From: Podarcis gaigeae | Taxonomy: Eukaryota | Reading direction: 5' to 3' (one strand) | Assembly: GCA_964106915.2 (NCBI GenBank) | Contig: OZ066923.1 | Length of the DNA: 64,000 nucleotides | Shown here: positions 55,802-64,000 of the stretch, one piece after another | Numbering within the stretch: position 1 is the stretch's first letter | How the letters are laid out: the number at the start of each line of letters is the position of its first letter | The notes under the pieces: generated by a model | Database searches by the model: none | Told to the model about the DNA's origin: nothing | What the model saw: the letters and a program-made list of their open reading frames with translations, nothing else | Program-made: the position numbers and the translations under genes

Positions 55802-55949
55802 CAGGGTTGCCCTCCTGCAATAAGTGAAAATCCGGACACATATTCCAAAAAGTGAAAACCCGGACATTTGAGCAATTTACGGCCGGACATTGTTTCCGAC
55901 GACTGAATCCCAGCTGTGTCCAGGAAATTCCAGGCGCATAGCAACCCTA
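55802..55949. mobile_element. Small hAT-like MITE
   Basis: CAGGGTTGC...GCAACCCTA termini, internal CCGGACA repeats, imperfect 8-bp TSD CATTTGTC/CCTTTGCC. Confidence 0.65.
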
Positions 55950-56687
55950 CCTTTGCCCATCAATCTGGATGAGAATTCACAAAGATTAAATTTGCCAAGC
56001 ATCCTCCACAGTCCTGGATGACTTTACTGATGGCTTACCTCAGTTTTAAAGCAGCTTCCTATTTTTACTGTGGCCTTGCTTAAAAGAAGAGTCTTTTTTA
56101 AAAAAAGAATTAGAGACACTCCTGATCTCCCTGAAAAACAAAGTCGGAGCTCTTCCAGGTTTAGTCAGCCTTCATCCTGATTTGTTTGTACTGCAGTTAT
56201 ACAGCCTCACCATCATTCCCACTTTCCCAGCTATTTTCTTACCACATTCATCCATGTTTCATTTAATTAGTTGGCCTGTTACACAAGTGCACCAATCCCA
56301 ACTTAATTGTACTGTATAACTTAAATCTGTCATTAAATGATCTGAAGATCTGATACAAAATACTGCTGTTGTGCACTAGATGGCAGGATAAACACCTGCA
56401 GATAATTGCTGCGGAAACTGACACACTGTTCATACTGTTTTTTGAAACAAGAACAGCAGGCAACCCACACAACTATATCGAACTTGGAATGTGGAAAACC
56501 TCCACACCATTTGGTCTGCCGTGTCTTTTCATTTGAGCCACCTGGTATCAGGTGCAGAGCACGTCAAGGTAGGGAACGCTCGTGCAAAGTTCTGCCCTTC
56601 CCAAGCACTGAGCACAGGGTTTGCACAGCCTTTGAGCAGTGCTGGGTGCCAGGCGTTTGGGAATTGCTGTCAATTACCTGATGCCTT

Positions 56688-57027
56688 GGGACACGGGTGG
56701 CGCTGTGGGTTAAACCACAGAGCCTAGGACTTGCTGATCAGAAGGTCGGCGGTTCAAATCCCCGTGATGGGCGAGCTCCCGTTGCTCGGTCCCAGCTCCT
56801 GCCAACCTAGCAGTTCGAAAGCATGAAGTGCAAGTAGATAAATAGGTCCGGCGGGATGGTAAACGGCGTTTCCGTGCACTGCTCTGGTTCGCCAGAAGCG
56901 ACTTAGTCATGCTGGACACATGACCTGGAAGCTGTACGCCGGCTCCCTCGGCCAATAAAGCAAGATGAGTGCTGCAACCCCAGAGTCGGTCACGACTGGA
57001 CCTAATGGTCAGGGGTCCCTTTACCCT
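56688..57027 (+). mobile_element. Sauria SINE
   Basis: 14-bp TSD TTACCTGATGCCTT (56674-56687, 57028-57041). Confidence 0.92.
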
Positions 57028-57243
57028 TTACCTGATGCCTTTATGATGTCAGATGACTGCCAGGTGGGTTGTCCCGCCCACCTGCCAAAGTTGGTGCTTG
57101 TCAGTGAGAGAAGTAAGGATCTGGCCCTCTGTTTTCTACCTGAGCTGTTGGAGGTAAAGGGTGAAGATTGCAATCCAACTTGGGAGTAAGTCCCATTGAA
57201 TTCTAAAGTATTTATTTCAGAGTAGACAGAGGGGCGTGCACTC

Positions 57244-57991
57244 TGTCCTGCTAATTCCAGTGAAAATCTGGAGTATTCCTCCCAGTGCAAATGATTCTCC
57301 TCATTTCTAGCTAAGCCCTAAGGCTGCAACTACATAAGGTACACAGGAAAAGCTAATGGGTGCGCCAGGCCTGGGGTTAAACCAAGCAACACGGTCCAGG
57401 AACGGTCCCAAATCCAAGGGTTCCATGAGGAGTCAGTCCGATAGGGCCAAGGCAGGACACAAGGCAGAAAACCAGGCAAGGTCAGGCACAAGGTCACAGG
57501 CAGGGTCTGGCAGACAGCAATGTTGCTCCCGTAACCTGGGGTGGAGTCCAACAGCCTTTTATCTTTGTCGGGGTAACGACTGGTCCTGATCTCTCGGTGA
57601 CTCACCTCCCTGTTTCTCCCGAAGGCGAGCACTCCTCCTGTGAGTACTCAGGTCTCTCCTTCTCTCAGACCTGAGTCTCTGCAGCTTGGGAGACGTAGGT
57701 GGGTTACTAGACCCAGGGGCCGTCTCAGCCTCCCCTGACCCAACCGGTACTGGAGCAGGTGTAAGTGATTGGCCAGCTGGAGGCAATGAAGTAATCCCCG
57801 CATCTGGAGCCAGGGCTGGCTCAGGCCCCTGACTCAGCCCAGCTGGTGCTTGTTGCAGGGGAACCTGTGCAGACTGGGGCTCTTCAGAATCTGGCCCGAG
57901 ACTAGGTTCAGCTGCCGCCTGAGGCAAAGGATCCGGTGCGGACTGAGACTCCTCTGGCTCTGAGTCTGAGCCTGGGTCCCAGGCCATCACA
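57244..57991 (-). mobile_element. Gypsy-like solo LTR with a U3 ORF
   Basis: Minus strand reads TGTGATGG...GCAGGACA; TATA-like GATAAAAGG at 57555-57563; repeated CCTTG motifs downstream; no TSD found. Confidence 0.6.
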
Positions 57992-58604
57992 ATGGGTGGC
58001 AAACAGTGCGAAGTTTCCATTTTGAAGGAAATGTTAATAGTGATCAGCATCTGGGGCAATGCAACATGCTCTTTCCAAGAATCACTGCGTGGGTAGATGG
58101 GGCAATGCCTGATACAGAATGTTCCATAAATTTGTTCCTCAATCCATTAGGTGATTGAACTGAATATCGATGCGTGCAAGTTGCAACAGGATATGCTTTC
58201 CACAGTCTTTTAAACAGGAAGATTGCACACTTATAGTAAAACAACAGTGCAGAATATATGTGTGTGTGTGCATGCGCACATGCGCGCACTACTTAAAGCT
58301 ATTTTGTACCTATAATTTTCAGGGACCACAGTGCCAACAACATTTACATTCCAAGGCTAGAATGTATTTCTGGGCCTCTAGGGGTACATTTTCTGCTGAT
58401 GGTGTATGTTGTCACCCAGAATCTAAGGACAGCAAAAGAAGATGAACAGAATACAGCACAGACTTCTTTAAGAATGTCTGAACTGCATATTTCCATTCAG
58501 AAGGGTATGGGCCCAGCTCAACCCGGTGTCAGACTTTTTGAATTCAGAACGTTCACATCATGAGTTCCCCTCACTGTGAATATACCCCATCCCTATCTCT
58601 CTGA

Positions 58605-58912
58605 TGCCTTGAGGAAATCTTTGGGAAAAGAAAAGGCCATGGAGTAAACCCTACACAAATCTGGAGTGGAGGTCCTAAGACGGTTGGTACACCTGCTACA
58701 GGCAAGCTGGTGCCAAACAGATTACTCTGCTTTCCTTTGGACCACATCAGTGAGACTGAGAAGGGAGTCTTGCTGTCTGGGCAGCCTAGGACCTCCATAC
58801 CCGCTGCCCAGGCTTGTGCCCCTGGGAAGTCACTTTGGTTTCTGGTTTGACTTCACCCCCAGAGGCACACTCCATTGTCTCTCAAGACAGAGGGATGCTA
58901 ACAGCAACAACT
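58605..58912 (+). mobile_element. Non-autonomous RTE-type retroposon with (CAA)n tail
   Basis: GGAGTAAACCCTACACAAAT...CACTCCATTGTCTCTCAAGAC...AACAGCAACAAC. Confidence 0.6.
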
Positions 58913-59224
58913 GGTAGTGGCTTTCAAGGATTTCAGGCTGGGTTTGAACCTAGGACCTTCTGATTGCAAAACAGATGCTGTCCTATTGCCCTTCCTCCTT
59001 GCACCACAACATTCCTGCTCTAATAAAGCAAAGGGATTTATGTGTGGTTATGTGTTTACCATAGAGAAGCTTGCAGAAACTCTCCTCTGTGCAACTCTCA
59101 CCTGATCCCTACTTCCTACGCTAATGCAAAAACAATGCAGCTAACCATTAGATGCTGCCCGGCTCCAAATCTTGCAACATTATCTGTGGGCTCAGCTCTA
59201 GGCAGGAACATTGTCCTGAGAGGA

Positions 59225-59456
59225 GAAGAAGAAGGGGAGTTTGGATTTAATATCCCGCCTTTCACTCTCCTTAAGGAGTCTCAAAGCGGCTAACATTCTC
59301 CTTTCCCTTCCTCTGTGAGGTGAGTGGGGCTGAGAGACTTCAGAGAAGTGTGAGTAGCCCAAGGTCACCCAGCAGCTGCATGTGGAGGAGCGGGGAAGCG
59401 AACCCGGTTCACCAGGTTACGAGTCCACCGCTCTTAACCACTACACCACACTGGCT
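59225..59456 (-). mobile_element. Squam3-like (Ther1/MIR-derived) SINE
   Basis: tRNA-like head GCCAGTGTGGTGTAGTGGTTAAGAGC..GGTTCGCTTCCC, CORE-like body, (CTT)n tail. Confidence 0.8.
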
Positions 59457-59599
59457 TAAAAGACGCTGATACAAAAGACCTTCATCCTAAAAGAGTTTTG
59501 CCTTTTACCAGGTGCAACTCGTTTTCAGTGCGGAAGCTTCAGTTAGTGCAGAATGCAGCAGCACAATTGCTGACAGGAGTGAGGCCTTGTGAGTGAGTA

Positions 59600-60072
59600 A
59601 CACGTGTTCTCAGAGAGCTGCACTGGTTGCCAATTTGCTACAGGGCCAATTTCACGGTGTTACTATTAGCATACAAAGCCCTTAGCTTACCTACAAGATC
59701 GCCTTACTCTGCATGTGCCCAGTTGACTGCTTCAATCCGCAGAACAGGCACGACTGCAGATGCCACAGAATACCCTTTCTGCATTTGTAAGAACTGGATC
59801 ATTTAGTGTGGCTGTGCATCAACTTTGGAACTCCCTCCCTATTAAGATCTAGCTGGTGCCTTCACTGTACTCTTTTTGCTGCCTGCTAAAATCAGTCCTG
59901 TTTGGACAGGCCTACCCAGGTGCTTAGAAAGCTGAGGTAATTTTCATTTGTTTTAGTATTTTGACTTTTGTATGTCTTAAAGCATGGTTGTGATTTTTTT
60001 CTTGATCTTGCTGTTTCATCCCTGGTATGCCGCTTTGAGGTTTTTGTGTGTGCAAATTTATGAAATAAATAA
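59600..60072 (+). mobile_element. L2 LINE 3' end (decayed)
   Basis: LHWLPI...LWNSLP motifs followed by an (AAAT)n tail. Confidence 0.7.
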
Positions 60073-61454
60073 ATTATATTGGTGAGAATTGCTTGCGAAG
60101 ATGTGTATATTAAAAGAAATATGCACAAGATTCTTATAATTATTACTGAGGACTTCCTTTTGTAAATAAAAAAAACACCATGAATTGATGTGGAATGTGG
60201 AGAAGTGAATTTAGTAATTGCGGGGGGGCGGGGCGGGGGAACAACATTAATCCCTTGTTGCTCCTTTGTTTTCCTTTGTGGCTCTTTTGAGAGCTCAAAA
60301 AATCTGACTTGTGGGTTTGAGGAGAGGAGGAAGAGCTGCCCCATCTCTCTGGGGTATGAGTAGGAAAACTGGCAACTGAAGCTCTTCGTGAAATGAGGAC
60401 TCAGGAAGCTGAACGAAGTCTTAGAGAGGCCCCGCCTTTCTCAATTGCTTGACATGAATTTCCTGTCAAAGGAACATTTTGTGTCCTGCGACAAAACACC
60501 TCCACCCTAAAAGAGTTTTGGCCCCTTTAACCTTTTTCTTTAAAAACTTAATTTTAATCCCCACATCAATTCACATTTTAATCAACAGTGCGTTGCAATC
60601 ATAAATCATGCCTACTCTGAAAAGCAAACCTCATTGAGTTCAGGGGGGCTTACTCCCAAGTAAGTGTGTGTTGGATTGCAGGCTATGCAGTTATATAACT
60701 TTTAAAGTACTCCACACCTATTAAGCCCTTTTTAATGATAACCCTGTGGCTCAAATTTAACACCACCTTATAAAAGGGAAAGGTTGAAGAATATGCTTCG
60801 GCCAGAGCCATTAAGCGCCTAAGCATCTGTAACTGTATATTATGGGACTAGCAAACATGTTACTGGTCTTCTAAAAATTGAATATCAGGTTTGTGGATGT
60901 GTGTGCGCGCACACACACACAAGATATTCATCAGGTTGCCCCCAAGATTGAGGAGGCCCAGCACATGTAGTACATGTATGACATCATATGTGCGAAATGC
61001 ATCACATGACATCACACGTGTCTCCCAACTTCGTGTAGGCTGGTGCCGCCTTCTGCTAAGCTCTGCTGGTTTCTGCAGCATCCCCTGCCACCATGCAGGC
61101 CAGGGCAGCTTTCTGTGACATTCAAACAAATATTGAGGGGGGCCAAGTCTCTTGCAAACATATTATATAAAATTGTTGAATAATACAAATAAAATCATTG
61201 ACTGCCTTTTCATTACCTCAACCCACACGGTTCCAGGAAAGAACAGCAAGACCTTTCTTGATATTTACTAATCAGTTATGTTATCTTAAAGGACAGCCGA
61301 AGGCATAATAATTTGCTTTTCTATAAATACCCCTAGGCCTGGGCATTTGTTAATGGATAATCCCTTTGATTTCTGGAAAATAAATTGCTAGCAGGGTAGG
61401 AGTGTAGGGCTTCTAACCTGGGCATACTTCTTCCAAAACTTGCATTTGGATCAA

Positions 61455-64000
61455 TATAACAAATGGCAGAAAGTAACATCTAGATTTATCTGGTAGAGGA
61501 AGACACCAAGAATAAAATATAAATTACTAATTGATTCTAAAGAAAGAGGGGGCTGAATATAATCTGAAGTTATATTATGAAGCGTCCTGCCTCTGCTGGT
61601 TGCGGGAATGGATTTTGTTAAAAAATACAGATTTACTAGACCTGGAAGGTCATGATAATAGATTTGGGTGGCACGCATATTTGTGGTGTAATAAAACAAA
61701 AGTACATAAAGGATTCCTGCACCTTTGATACAAGGTATGGGATAGGTATAAGAATTTATTAGAATGGAGAACACCATAGTGGCTCTCTCCATTGGAAGCA
61801 ATTTCGGTAAAAAAAGTAAACATGAGAGGCCAGTGGGCCACCTATAGAGATTTGTTAAAAGAGGCAGGAAACCAATTAAAATTGGGGGGGGGGGGAATTG
61901 AAGATATTAGAGAATTGTTAATGGACTGGCCTCAGTATCACCAATTAAATGATGTGTTTAAGGTTGGACTTCCGGGTTGGCGCCATCGCCGAATGGCGGA
62001 CTCCCTCCGAGCTCCGGAGGGAGCCTGCTCGGCAGGGGCTGGGTCCTACCGCGCCGGCAACGCGGGGACCCTCAAAAACCATGGGCGCTGAAACCCATGG
62101 GCATGGTGACTCGGCGGGCACCGTTTGCGCCCCCCCGACCCGCGAAGGAGCCTTTTTAAAGGCTACGGAGTGGGTGACAGGGGGTGGTGGTGCTATGAGT
62201 CCTCTGCTTTCCCTGCCGAGCGAGCGGGGGAGGTGCAAAAAGGAAGTCAGCCCCCCCCGTTGTAGAGGAGTTAAAGCAAAGGATTTGACAACTAAGATCG
62301 AGTGCAACCTTATTTTGATAAAGTTATTAATTTCGCGATGGAAAATTACAAGACTGGGCTGGAGGAGAAAAGTGGAATGTGAATTAAAATGCAACCCCCC
62401 CCCCGGAAACCCCGGGAGCGATCCGTGAGAGTGCCGGGAGAGGAGAAATAGAGGTTTTGACAGCTGTCAAAGGAGCTGTCAAAGCGGAAGAACAAAAAGA
62501 GAACTTTGTTACGAGGACTTTGCTGGTTACATTTGTTACAAATTGGATATAAATTGTTTAAAACAAGGAATAATAAGTTACTTTGACTGTTGGGTGTGAT
62601 CGGGAAGGAAACTGAGTTATTATAATCCCTCTAGAGGAGCTGTGGGACACTACAAGTATTGTTGGCATGGAATTTGAATAAGACTTTTTATCTCCTGGGA
62701 AACTGCAGAAATGGAACACTATTTTGTCTACAGAGGTCTACACACTAAAGGAGACAATAGATTTATCTATTGATGAATGGAAGGGACTTGACGTAATGTT
62801 TCGTTCCTGAATAACAAAGCCTCTGCAGAGGAATTAGAAGCTTTTGGAATTAGAACATTTGTGCAGGAGAGCAGGGGGGAAAAAAAAGGAGGAGAGAGAT
62901 CAACAAGAACAACAAGAATAACAAGAACTGGACAAAGTTGGAATTGGGAACATTTGGGACATCCAGATCTGAAAGGTCTAAAGAAATAAAATTGGAGTTT
63001 CTACTCTTAAAATACAAAGATCTGGATGGAAAGAATGGACCTTTTTGAGACAGACTCCTTCCAAGATTGGACATTCGAAACTAAAGATGACTAAAAGACG
63101 GCAAAGACTATTAAAAAGATGGCAAAGCGGACTGCTGAAAGTCTATGGCTTAGATGCGGGAGCTCCAGGAGGACAGTAGACATTGATGGACATTGGGAAC
63201 ACAACTGGGAAAGGGGGGAGGGAAATTTGGAATCCAAAGGGTGTTAAATTACATTTTATTCTTTTTTCTATTTTTTTTTTATTCTAATCTGTATTGCATA
63301 TCAAAGAGGGGAATTCGTGGAAGGGAACAGGTCGATTTTAGGGGATGGGAAAATATTTTTAAATTGGGACAATGGTAATAATTTTAAAATTTGGGGTAAG
63401 AATTTGTTGAATTTATTTGAAAGAATTGGAATACAAGAGGGGGAGGGGAGGGGAAGTCCTGGAAAGATGCCAATGAAAATATGGTTTTAAATTTGGATGT
63501 TTTTCTTTTTCTGTTATATTTGAAAATCTTTAATAAATATTATTATAAAAAAAATGATGTGTTTAAGGTTGATAAAAATGGTTTTGATACAATGAGATTG
63601 AGGTTTGAAATAGATCTGTTGGAAAATAATGTCAAAGTGTTATCAAAAATGTACAAATTACTTTTAGAATGGCATACAAAGGATGAAGAAGGCAAGGCAG
63701 TGATGATACATTGGGCTAGAGATTTTGGGTATAATATCCAACTTTCATCTTGGGAAAAGCTATGGAAAGAAGAAATAAAGTTTACTGCATCCTGTTCATT
63801 GAAAGAAAACTATGTGAAAAATGACATATCACTGGTAAAATTGCTGAAATGTACAAAACAAGTTCAAAATTGTGTTGGAAATGTAAAGAGAAGAAGGTTA
63901 CTTTTTACCATATGTGGTGGACATGTACTTTCTGGCAAATGTTATATAATGAACTAAAGAAAATGTTTAAAAATACATTTGTTAAAAAACCAGAAGCCTT
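61455..64000 (+). mobile_element. L1 LINE ORF2 C-terminal part (decayed), split by a nested insertion; runs off the window
   Basis: SRFIW..PRIKYKLL..KERG..LKLYYEASCLCWL; resumes after 63571 with KMYKLLL..WEKLW and CWKC..HMWWTC zinc knuckle at ~63874-63927. Confidence 0.85.
61967..63551 (+). mobile_element. Non-autonomous L1-derived retroposon (5'UTR, short decayed middle, 3'UTR/polyA)
   Basis: 20-bp TSD AAATGATGTGTTTAAGGTTG (61947-61966, 63552-63571); CpG-rich start GACTTCCGGGTTGGCGCCATC; AATAAA then A-tail. Confidence 0.8.

Noticed and set aside
57988-58059. N-terminal 24 aa of ORF 57559..58059
   Set aside because: Almost entirely outside the LTR boundary at 57991; probably chance read-through of flanking DNA.
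61945-62428. Overlapping 149-aa and 159-aa ORFs in a CpG island
   Set aside because: They lie in the GC-rich 5'UTR of the TSD-flanked L1-derived insertion and are not a host promoter or gene.
63481-63957. 158-aa ORF
   Set aside because: Frameshifted L1 ORF2 remnant joined to the tail of the nested element.

Overview
Eukaryotic (squamate, most likely lacertid lizard) genomic DNA. The only supportable protein-coding gene is a complete 8-exon GNAT3 (alpha-gustducin, 354 aa) on the minus strand: join(51387-51504, 43725-43767, 42335-42476, 40379-40536, 38738-38866, 36903-37032, 36522-36675, 35367-35557), with all introns GT-AG. The rest is intergenic/intronic DNA dense in transposons: eight Sauria SINEs of at least three tail variants, Squam3/MIR-like and tRNA-Ile/CR1-tail SINEs, CR1/L2/L1/RTE/Penelope remnants, Tc1-mariner and hAT MITEs, solo LTRs and microsatellites, often nested. 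Best second-look items: (1) a diverged LTR-like family whose copies keep a covarying RNA secondary structure between TATA and AATAAA; (2) a Gypsy-like LTR whose U3 is an intact 142-aa ORF ending in an RRSARL basic motif; (3) a TSD-flanked 1.6-kb non-autonomous L1 derivative; (4) a Penelope-type minimal hammerhead in GNAT3 intron 5; (5) transducin-like residues in this gustducin and CRX/OTX-type sites around it. Almost all other ORF-track entries look spurious. Repeat family names and reference protein comparisons are from recall, not database searches.
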